Shown here: positions 42,603 to 57,674 of the stretch, piece by piece | Position numbering within the stretch: position 1 is the stretch's first letter | Layout of the letters: the number at the start of each line of letters is the position of its first letter | DNA from: the human T2T-CHM13v2.0 reference genome, Homo sapiens | Direction: 5' to 3' (one strand) | NCBI RefSeq assembly: GCF_009914755.1 | Contig: NC_060927.1 | DNA length: 64,000 nucleotides | Translations under genes and position numbers: made by a program | The notes under the pieces: generated by a model | The model's database searches: none | The model's input: only the letters and a program-made list of their open reading frames with translations | What the model was told of the DNA's origin: nothing

Positions 42603-44589
42603 ATAAGCTTGAATTTTAATGACATGCTGGTATTGTATATATCTCCATCTAGATAATTTATTCTAAGTATCTACTTCTCTTAATGATTTATTTTTTCACC
42701 AGTACATACCAATTTAATTATCTTATCTATTTTTAATGAATATCAATATTTAAATTATAGTTAATTATATAACTGGCATCTTTCTAATTTCATGTAAATT
42801 TCAAATATTCCTTAGACTGTATCTGTTTGTTTCCAAAGATTGGTAAGATCCACTGGACTCTTATTTCATTTGGAATTACAAAATCCTTTGCAGAGGTAAG
42901 GTAAAAGAGGAATTTCATATTGTCAATATTGCTGCTTTCTGTGAGCTCTTGCTTTTACTGAATAAATTCGGTTTAGAGATCTTTTTGTCATGTATGCTTG
43001 CTGAATGTTTTTCCATTGTGTTGTTCCAGATTTGAAATTCATCTTCATTTACAAAATCTACCCACAAAAGACATAAAAAATTACACCTTATTATAAATAT
43101 CTGGATTTGGAGGGACAGCACTTCATTGTAGGACTAACAAAGAATTTCACATGAAATATGAGACATCTGTTCTTGAAAGTCCTTTTGTTACTCTAACACC
43201 AGATTTTAATTTTGCCACTTCCTTCAGCGTCATGTCTTGCCTTTGTTTAATTCAGTATTGCTGATGTCTTCTTTTTCTCTCTCTCTTCCCCTTGTCAGCC
43301 CTCTTCTCTGTACCCACCTATCCTTACATTTTTGATCATTTATGATGCAAAGCAAATTAGCTATCCTTATTTATATACTGGAACCTAACATAGCAGGCTC
43401 TTTGATCCTATTTTCACCCCAAGTGAATTATCAATGTTTTTTTTCTAAATTAATTCCCTCTGTAAGAATGATTCTGTTGCTCACTGTTAAGATAATGAAT
43501 TTTCCACCCAGTACCTTTGTAAAAATGATGCTCCATATTTTGCCCTTTAATTTTATATTTTAATGTTTTAAAATTGTGAATGTGTATTGTTCCTAGCTTT
43601 AACGGCTGTGGTCGCACTTCACATGCCACTCGCTGCCTTAAACATAGTCTGAGGCAAGAGCAACAACAAAGTCTCTATGTATATGTTTCATAAGAAAAAA
43701 TGATTATATAAAAAGCCATATGAAAAATATCTATAATAGAAAACCAGTTGCTATATAAAATTCCCAATTCAAGACATAAAATATGAAATGCTTATATTCA
43801 GTTATATCCATGAATCTAATCAAGGATTATGTATGTTTTTATTTGTTTCACTATCAAGAGAGTTGACTAATTACTAAACAGTTATTAAGTAGTCTTTTCT
43901 ATAGGGAAATGAAAATATTTGTATACATGAATAGATGAAGTTGTACATTGTAGATCCTATTTCACATTTGGGCTCTTTTTTCATAGGAGTATATTTGCTT
44001 TTATGTTATTGTTTATTCTTTCCTCAAAATTTTATAAATTTTTTTCTATTTTTCTTTGATCTAATGTATGATGTTTTATTATCAACCTCTGGAGAGTATA
44101 ACTAAAGACAATTTAGAAAATAACAGTACTGCTTTTTACTCAGTAAAAACTCTTTCATCATTGATTTGTGCTCCCCCAAGAATTACTTTTATGTCACCAT
44201 TAGTAAATTACTACACTGGGTACCCGAGGCTGGTCAAAAGAAATACTGGCTTGCTACCTACTTCCAAGTGTGATAATACCTAGTTGAGGTCATAGAATAC
44301 TCACCTGTGAAATTACTTATAAAGAATGTTTACAAATGAGTTCAAATTTAATACTCTAAATATATTTCAGAAACGAAACAAAGATTCTGAGGGAGCAATT
44401 ATAGTGAAGCAATATTATCAGGAAGGAATCATGAGGTGAGTTTGGAGCAAGTTCTAAAGGAGAGAAAAATAGTATTTCAGAAAAGGCATTCAGGTTGGGA
44501 GATGCATGTATATAGGAGGATATGAATATAGTATAAACACAGGATAGCCCTTTTCTATTGGGCTCATACTTTGTTATTCTTTTAAGACT

Positions 44590-44800
44590 TGTAACTGTTA
44601 AGCCCCTAGGTTTGGAATTAATAAAATCTTGCTTTAAATTCTCTTTTGCCATGCACTGGCTATGTGTCCTTGAACAATCTCCATTTCTCATTTTTAAAAA
44701 TGGGGCAAAATCCTCTTCCTTGAGGATAAAACGAAATGGTGTCTTGAAAAGTCTTTAACATGGAGTTGGGCAAATGGTAACTGCTAGTTAATTACATTAT
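44590..44800 (+). mobile_element. MIR relic
   Basis: ctggctatgtgtccttgaacaa...tttctcatttttaaaaatgggg...gaggataaaacgaaatgg. Confidence 0.6.
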
Positions 44801-47256
44801 AGCTTTCAGTATGTGTTTTCATTATAAACTACTTAGCACATTTTACAGGGCTTGTCACTCTTGCTAGGCTATATACTGTTAAAGGGGCAGCTTTTAGTAT
44901 ATCAGGTACTATATTAATAAATATTATAGATGTGTGATCAAGTTTTATAGAACAAATATTTGGTTGAACTAGAGAATCTTTTAGGAAAAGTAGTTGAAAT
45001 CAGAGAACTGACAATTGGAAAAAAAAAAAAACCCCTTAAAGGCTGAGTAAAGTTGAGATAATATATAATTGGATTGAATCATGGAATTATGTTTGGCAAC
45101 ATTATTGACAACAGTGATTCAAGGTTATCTCAGGCCAGTTTAGACATTTTCTCAATACAGTGCCTAGAAAAAGGAAAGGACCCTTTAGATGAATGATAAT
45201 AGCAGTCTTAGATAAAAACAGACATTAAACATAGGCAAAAGGGAAAAGAAATGATAAGAAGTTGTAGATTAGGAGGAAAGAGCAAAAGCAGTAACAAAAC
45301 ATGAATAGAGAAAAAATGGCAGGTTGACCCAAGTGCTTGGCTTCTTTTGCTACCAGAATGCCATAAAGTATTTATTGTTGATTTTCATACTGTTGTACAA
45401 CTGCATTGGCAAACAAAAACTTGTTTATATTTCATGGTCTTCATACTGCCTCCCTTTGTTTTCTCTTAGTGGAGTTGTAAATGTTGTGTTCCCAGAGCAA
45501 GCACTTCTAAAATATTAATAGCACGTTTTTTCCTCATTGCATCTTTTCAGTATTCTGAGAGCAATTTCATTTGTTAATGACATTAGTCATTATATCTTTA
45601 AAATCTTCGTTGTTCAGATATCAGTTATGCATCTCCTCATTTGACCCACTGCTGTATATGTGAAAGGAAATACTATCTACTTAATGAGACCTTTGTTTTT
45701 TCCTCCTGTCTTGGGGGAGTAAGGAGTTTACTACTTTGACATCGGTACACACAGTAACTCACCTTCTATTTGTAGACGTTCCACTTCTGCCTGGTAATTC
45801 TACTTTACTAACCTAGAGTTGGGTTTAGAAGAGCTCACAGGGCCTTTAGAAGTTGACTGGACTTGGCAATTCATTTCTTACAGTTGCCCTAGGAAAATCA
45901 GCTTATTTAATATGTATCTTGGTATTCATTTGAATGAATTTGAAAGGCTTTCTATGAAATTATTCATTTAACAAAGATGATAAAAATTGATCTGTATACT
46001 CTTGTCTAATACAAGTTTTTCATTTTTATATTACTTTTGCTTAAAAACATAAGTTAGTTGTGGAACAACTCTCTGATATATAGTACTGTTTTTACTAAAT
46101 TTTTATTTTTCACTTAAAAGAAAATTACAAATGACATGTCTTTATGCTAAATGGTAAAAAAATCACACAAGTCATTTCTGTAAATGTTGTTATATATACA
46201 AAGAATAGTGATTTTGAAATTTGAAAAAATAAAGAATTTTGGAAAAAATAAATGACTTTCAAAGTCTAATATTTGTCAGTATTATAATTTAAATTATTCT
46301 TTAGGTTTTAAAAACATATTTTAAAATGTAATATTAGCCAGGAATAAATTGCGAAAAGCTCCCTTGCTATAATTACTTTTAATATTAATTTTTAAAATGA
46401 ATTAGATGTTCATATAGTAAAACGTATGGTTACAACGTAGGTTGTGATGTGAAGATTATTTTTTGTTTTATTTTCTATAAGAGAAAATTAACACAGTTTT
46501 ATATTCTGATTAAGATTTATATTATAGAGGTTTTGGGGGTTGTTGCTATTTGCATTTTGTCTACAGATTATTAAATGTTACAGAAGTCACTGCTTGTCTG
46601 TGCCACTGGATCATTCTTTTGCCAAAATAAAGCATTATGTATTTTCATCTTTAATTGGAGTGCTTTCAGAACAATTATCTTAGCAGTTCCTTTTCATATC
46701 CTTGGAATTATATTTGCTTATTAGATTTAATTGAAAATAGTGTTGGTACAAATATTAGAATACTTTTCTGGTAAGGTAATCTAAAATGGCAAGTGTTTCT
46801 GCTTTTACTTTTGGTATTCTGTTCTTTCTCTTTTTTAATCACTTTAAAAATAATTTTATCTGAAGAAAATCTAGATGAGGTAGTTAGCTAATGAACAGCT
46901 GATTGTGTATTTGGTTCATTTTGAGAAGTTTTAAATCCAAGTTGAACTTTTAAAATGTACTTTTTCTTTTTTGGAGAGAAGAGATTTGAGTTGTTATGAG
47001 ACCAAAGTGACACCAAGTGATATGTGGTACCAAGTTAAATAAAGACCTGTGATTACTCCTACATTGATGATACAAGGAATTATTCTGTTAACTTTCTCAT
47101 GTCCTTGTACATGTTTCTTTCAGAAATCTCTAGTATATTGTGTTTCTGTCACTCACTGATTTCCTCCTAAAAACAGAATGTCATTTTAAAATGTCATTTT
47201 AAATGACAGAATGTCATTTTTAAAAATTAAGTAAAGTATTTACATATTCTTTTATA

Positions 47257-47625
47257 CACAAGTCCCAATCTCAAATGCCTGTAGAGGCAATGTAGGTGAA
47301 ATAGACGACTGAAGTGTAGAGGTGATCAATGGTAATTAACAGATGGTATCCATGCTGATAAGTAAAAAATTGCACAGACTCGAAAAAACTGGAGAATGTA
47401 TGCCCTATTTAAGATGAGTAATCACTAACCAGCTGTAGTCAATTTTTACTATGTGGGAATGATGGCCCAGGTTACAACATCTTCCTGTTACCTAGAGAAG
47501 CTACAAATCTGGATGTATGTGCCTGTGTGTATGTAATTTCCTGATTTTTAAAGTTTGGCAAATTTTTTTAAAATACTGTCTGGACCAACATTGGCCATCA
47601 GCTACATACAAGCAAACTGCTCTAG
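47257..47625. mobile_element. hAT-type DNA transposon relic (MER45-like)
   Basis: ctcaaatgcctgtagaggc start; ttttcctgatttttaaagtttggc; ends approximate. Confidence 0.4.
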
Positions 47626-48644
47626 GATCTATCATTTAACGATTTGTCTTTAATACTTTCTGTTTAATACTTTCTGTCCAGTAATGGGAGGCTTAGGGAT
47701 AGTTTTTTACATAAAATAATTTTAAATACGTTTTTGATTCCCAACTTTTTAAACTCATCTTTTAGCTGATTAATGCCACTGCTTCCTAACTGATCTCTTT
47801 GCTTGTAGTGTTTCCAAGTCCATTATCACATTTGAGATAGAGAAATGATCTTACTATAAAGTAAATCACAACCCTGCTTCACATCTTTCAAAGATTCTTC
47901 ATTAACCTCAGAATAAAATTTAATCACCTTAACATGACCTGTAAGACCCTTATTATCTGGCCTATCTAACTTCATCTCTTGCCGTTCCTCTTTATATTCC
48001 ATGTTTTAGCCAGATTGAATTCGTTCAATAGTTAGTTAGGTTTTCTCTTGTTTATAAGCCTCTTTCCCTACCCATTTGACTTGATGTGTGAAAAAGAAGA
48101 TAGGTAAACCATTAAAAAGTTTAGATATATTCTAATTGTATTGAGCACATGGTTATCTCAGTTGCCCTTTCAAAGACCATAAGCCTGGTCAACCTTTTGA
48201 GAAAGCAGAAGTAGTTGCACTCACATGATAAATCTCTTTGTATTCTGCATTTTTTTAAGGCAAAAGCTCAATGATTTGAATTATTCAGAGTAGAAAAATC
48301 TCTGATGACATTATAAAAATTTGTTAGAATATCTCTGAGTTAACAAGGTATCTCTCTGTATTTCTTTATCTCTCTTTCTCTGTCTCCATCACCTACCACC
48401 TGCAAGACAAACACATTCAACATATAAAAGATATTAATGAGAGTTTTATTAGAAGCAATAATAATGGTTCAAATCAATATTTGGTAAGTATGCTCAATAT
48501 ACAGATTTTATGTTCTTAAACATGGGGATAACATTGTCAAAGGAAATAATTTTCTCAGAGATCTTTGAAACACAAGATAATTTAAAAGCTTCAATATTAA
48601 GATTAAGATTAGCCCTCAGCAAAGTTTTTGAAACAAGTGAATGA

Positions 48645-48960
<316 letters not shown>

Positions 48961-49054
48961 AGGGTTTTTTTTAATGCTCCCTATTTTTCATGTATTACCC
49001 TTCTCTTACCCTTCTGTTTTCAATATCTCTTTCAAAATGCCTTGTACTAACCAG

Positions 49055-51591
<2,537 letters not shown>

Positions 51592-51715
51592 TCATACATT
51601 GTAATCCTAACCCCTAAGGTGATGGTATTAGGAGATGGAGCCTTTGGGAGGTGATTAGGTCATGAAGGAAGAGTATTCGTGAATGAGACTAGTGTCCTAT
51701 AAAAGAGACTGCAAG

Positions 51716-51981
51716 GGCTGAGCTTGTTGGCTCAATCTCAGCACTTTGGGAAGCTGAGGTGGGGGGATTGCTTGAGGCCAGTAGTTTGAGACCAGCTTGG
51801 ATAACATAGACTTCATCTCTCCAAAAAAAAGAAAAAAAATTACATGGGCATAGTGGTGTGCACCTGTAGTCCCAGTTACATGGGAGGCTGAGGTGGGAGT
51901 GAGGTTACAGTGAGCCATGATCACACCATTGCAGTCCAGCCTGGGCGACAGACCAAGACCGTGTCTTAAAACAACAAGAAA
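51716..51981 (+). mobile_element. AluJ (degenerate)
   Basis: ggattgcttgaggcc...gagaccagc; internal deletions. Confidence 0.8.
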
Positions 51982-52630
<649 letters not shown>

Positions 52631-53813
52631 TTAGAACTAAAGTAGACTCTCCTATAAAGAAAACAATCTATATATGTATATTCTGGTTATACTTAATGAA
52701 TTCAAAGTTTTATATTCATAACTCTTTTCCCATTATTTTAGTGTAATTTCGGCTTATTTTACATCAAAAATCACCTCCATCAAAGCAGAGATCAATGATG
52801 GTTAACATGAATATTCTGAAGTTTGTATCTACATCTCTTACACAAATGCATTTCGTTTAAGCTTTCCTGTAATAAAGGTATGTAATAGGTTGGTTTAAAT
52901 TTGAAAACAGAACCTAACACATAGTGGCAACAATGGAATTACATGAAAAATAATTGCTTAGTACTACCTGGATGAATAGAAAACAGTTGAAATTTGCTGC
53001 CTGCTGGAATTAATCTCACTAACTTTAACCTACCTGAGGCTTTCTGCTGCCTACCTCATCCATGGGGATATGTCTTTTTCCTTATTTATGACTTTACTAC
53101 TCCTAAATTGCCAGGTCATTGCCAATTTGTGTTTAAATATTGCAACGTAATTATGTGTCTTATTATTTTAGTCATCATAATCATATGGTTGTATAACATT
53201 ATTTTGCTTTTTTCCTTTTTTTAAAATTCAGGTTGTGAATGGGGTTCAGCAAGTATGATGTGTGCCCCATTATCTCTCTTAGAGAAAATTAGAAAATTAA
53301 AACAATTTTATGAATATACTTGGTCTCTTTATTTCTTCTTTTTTTTTGCTTGTATCTATGTCTTTCTATAGTTCTTTTGGTCTTCTGAATTAACAACAAC
53401 TCCTTGAAATATTATCTGTGTTTTATGATTGTGCATAATGTCATATAATTAATATATCATGTATTAAAAATTTTTACTGAAGTATAATTTAGCTACATTA
53501 AAGTATGATTGCCACTACCTCTTTATTTAATGACTAATGTATCAGATGGCATCCAGTAATACAATTCTTTCCTATCTTTGATATATCAAGGCTCACATAG
53601 AAAATAATGAAATGATAATATTTATGTAGCGCATTGGGGAAAATAGATGTGGGTGTTGCTTTAAACTGAAAGTGAGCAGATGAGAGTGGGGTGGCGGGTG
53701 GATGTTCAGCCTGTCCTAGTCCTGTAAGGCTTGCCCAGGCTTGAAGGTATCTTCACAATATACTGTAGCCACAGACAAGGCAGGAAGCTCTATGAATTGA
53801 AATAATGTCTTAA

Positions 53814-54496
53814 TACACCTTATGTAACAATGTTTCATTCAGCAAGGGACCACATATATTTAGGTGGTCCCATAAAATATATTGTTTTTTTGTGACAGAG
53901 TCCGGCTCTGTTGTTCAGGCTGGAGTGCAGTGGCATCATTATAGCTCACTGCAGCCTTGACCTCCTGGGCTTAAGCCATCCTCCCACCTCAGCCTCCTGC
54001 TGGGCAGCTGGGACCACAGGTACCTGCCACCATGCCCAACAAATTAAAAAAAAAAAAAGAAGAAAACATTTGTCGAGGTTGGGTCTCACCATGTTGCTCA
54101 GGCTGATCTCTCCTGCCTCAGCCTCCCAAAGTCCTGGGATTACAAGTGTGAGCCACCATGCGCGGCCTATAAGATTATAATAGAACTAAAAAGTTCCTAT
54201 TGCCTAGTAAAGTTATAGCCATCCTAACATTGTAGCACAAAGCATTACCTTTTCTGTGTTTAGATATGTTTAGATGTACAAACACTTAGCATTGCATTAC
54301 AGTTGCCTAGAGTATTCAGTAGAGTAATACTGTATAGGTTTGTTGCCTGGAACAATAGGCCCTACCATATAGTCTGTGTGTACAGTCGTCTGTACAGTCT
54401 AGATGTAAATACCACCTATCTTGTTTGCACAAAGACAAAATCACCTAACAGTGCATTTCTCAGAACATATCCTTGTCATTAAGCAACACATGACTG
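53814..54496. mobile_element. Tigger3-family (MER7/GOLEM) relic with nested AluJ
   Basis: ggtggtcccataa...cattacagttgcctagagtattcagta...ttaagcaacacatgactg|TA. Confidence 0.8.
53885..54167 (-). mobile_element. AluJ
   Basis: atagctcactgcagccttgacctcctgggcttaagccatcctccc. Confidence 0.88.
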
Positions 54497-54565
54497 TAAT
54501 TGGATAGATGTAGTTGTTTCAGATGAAAACTCGAGACAGTCTTCTAGAGAATTTGTCTTTATGAC

Positions 54566-54959
54566 TGTGCTAGTCCATTCTTGTGTCACTATAAAGGAAT
54601 GCCTGAAGCTAGGTAATTTATAAAGAAAAGAGGTTTAGTTGGCTCACCATTCTGCAGGCTGTACGGGAAGCATGATGCTGAATCTACTTCTGGCGAGGCC
54701 TCAGGGAGCTTACAATCATGACAGAATGTCAGATGGCGAGAGCAATAGCAAGAGCAAGAGAAGGGGGATGTCTCAGACTTGTAAACAACCAGATCTTGTG
54801 TGAACCGAGTGAGAACTCACTTATTACCAAGGGGATGGTGTGAAACCATTTATGAGGGATTCACCCCCATGATCCAGTCACCCCCCAACCAGGTCCCACC
54901 TCCAACATTGAGAGTCACATTTTACAGTAAGATTTGGAGGGGCACAAACATCCATAGCA
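54566..54959 (-). mobile_element. MSTB-like solo LTR
   Basis: TGTGCTAGTCC...catagCA; imperfect TSD ATGAC/ATGAT. Confidence 0.85.
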
Positions 54960-55619
54960 ATGATTAATCATAGCTGTATTTTTAATGATGTTTTTAGATA
55001 ATCCATAAATTATGTGAAATCAAAAATTCATATAGACAAGTCTTTCAGATGTTTGGATGGATTTTCAACTTTATTCAGATTCTAGCATCTCTTCAACTTG
55101 TTATCATAGCAATGCTTTCATTTCTGTACTTAAAAGTGAACAAACAAAACTTTGACTAGTAAGAGATACCATTTTGGGGGGCACCCACTATGTTCTGGTC
55201 CCCCATGAGCATTTCTAATCCTCATAATAATGGGGGAGCATGGATTATTGTTCTGATCTTATACAAGAGTAGTCTGAGTTTCATAGATTTTAATTAGTCA
55301 AAAAACTAGCTAGTAAGTAGTGGAACTAGTATCTAAATATAGGCTAATCTGATCCTAAAGCCTGAAATAAATGTGTTTGCCATGTCTATAAGGAGGATTT
55401 ACTGACTTACAGCATTTGTTGAATAATGACTTTTGGGTCCTTAGGTATAAATTTTCAGGTGCTTCTCCCTCACTTACCAGTTGAGGCTTATATTTTTCTG
55501 TATTCACCTCCCACTTTCGTTTCATCATCCCTCTTGCCAATGGTGATATTTTGCAGGCATAGTGTAGGGCATACTGGCAATTCAGTGGACTAGCATTTCT
55601 GTGTAAACAGTCATGGCTT

Positions 55620-55860
55620 TGGCCTCATTAGCATTGGGAACCTAGACCACCAGCTTTCGAATTCTAGCTCTGCTACTTACTAGCTGTGTGACTTTGGCAT
55701 GCTTTACAACCTCTTTATAGCCCGGTTTTCTCATCATGGTATAATGAGAGTAATAATAGTACCTACATTATAAAGAATTGCTTTGACTAGTAAATAGTTA
55801 AATAAATGTCTAACACTTTACATATTGCCTGGCATATAATATATATTGACTATTATTTGT
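55620..55860 (+). mobile_element. MIR
   Basis: ttcgaattctagctctgctacttactagctgtgtgactttggc...aataatagtacctac...tgcctggcatata. Confidence 0.8.
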
Positions 55861-55994
55861 GGTAAATGGATCATGATAATTGATGAATCACTTTCATAAT
55901 TTTTCCATGGGAAAGAATATTAGAGAAGTATTAGTACATTAATTTAAAAAATAGCCAGCTAACTTAATAATTGTATTTGGTAACACTGAAATTG

Positions 55995-56302
55995 TTTTTC
56001 TTTTTCTTTTTTTTTTTTTTGAGATGGAGTCTCATTCTGTCACCCAGGCTGGAGTGCAGTGGTGTGATCTGTGCTTACTGCACCCTCTGTCACCCCAGAT
56101 TCAAGTGATTCTCTTGCCTCAACCTCCCGAGTAACTGGGATTACAGGCATGTGCCACCACACCCAGCTAATTTTTGTATTTTTATTGGAGACGGGATTTT
56201 ACTATGTTGGCCAGGCTGGTCTCAAACTCCTGACCTTAAGTGATCCATCTGTCTCGCCTCCTGAAGTGCTGGGATTACAGGCATGAGCCACCGTGCCTGG
56301 CC
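55995..56302 (-). mobile_element. AluSx/Sz
   Basis: Full-length; TGAAATT flanks. Confidence 0.92.
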
Positions 56303-56565
56303 TGAAATTTTTTATTAGTAGTTTATCACTAAAATAACTTAGGGTCATACTGCAGCTACTAACATTATCTGTTCACAATTTTGAATGTGTTGTGATATAT
56401 CTACACAGTAGAGGGTGGAGTGAAAAGTCATAATGTTTAAGTTGTGGTGAAGATGCACTTATTCAATAGTTTGTTCTGCTCTACTTTCTAATGTAGCAAA
56501 ATATTTGGATTTCTAGGAAAGAGTTAAGAAAACAGACATATATCAGTGATAGAAAAGAAGGTCTT

Positions 56566-56857
<292 letters not shown>

Positions 56858-57224
56858 AAAAGAAAGTCTTTTATTTTTCTTTTTAAGTGTAAGTAAGCTT
56901 TTAATTACCCAAATTTGATGTCTAGACTTTTGTCAAAGCCATCTCAATTGCCAAGGAAATTTAATGACAGGGAGCTTAGGAAGAGATTTGTCTAGTTGGG
57001 AAAGTCTAAAGAATCTGTCTAATGGAGGCAGAAATTTACATGGATAATATAAAACAATATATTAATAAAACATCCATCACATTTGCTTGAAATTATATTC
57101 AAACATAAGTGTTTCTTATGTTCTGGGATTTCAGGGGTTATCTACAAAAATTCTACCTGGCCTTGGTCCCTTTCTTGCTATTTCGTATTGGAAAGGGGAT
57201 GTATCCCTTTGAAAGTGATGAACT

Positions 57225-57447
57225 AGACCGGGGCTGGCAAATTATGGTCCCCAGGCCAAATCTGGCTCAACACCAGTTTTGGTTAATAAAGTTTTACTGG
57301 AATACAGCCATGCACATTCATTTACATATTGTCAGTAACAGCTTCATATTCCGACAGCAGACTGAATAGTTGCAACAGGTGCCGTGTGGCCAGAAAAGCC
57401 AAAAATATTTACTATTAATATATTTTATTATAAAAAGCTTGTGAATC
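57225..57447. mobile_element. MER58A (hAT-Charlie)
   Basis: ggccaaatctggc...aataaagttttactggaatacagccatgc...gaatagttgcaacag...aaaatatttacta. Confidence 0.8.
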
Positions 57448-57674
57448 TAAATTCACACATAGGAGCTTTCTTCCACTTTGTGTTACGTACTATCTCTTTT
57501 GAGAATATTTTCTCCTCTAGATTTAATCAAAGCAGCAATAGTACTGAATAAAAATGCCTATTGTTTCATATATGTTAGTCTTTTCCATTTCATTTAGATT
57601 ATAAACTTTCATAGTGTGCATAGCATTATAGGAGTATCCTTCTTATATAAAATATAAAATATTACAAATGTAGT

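Noticed and set aside
44371-44435. Possible exon with donor GAG|gtgagt
   Set aside because: Weak acceptor, and the sequence looks like a decayed L2-type relic
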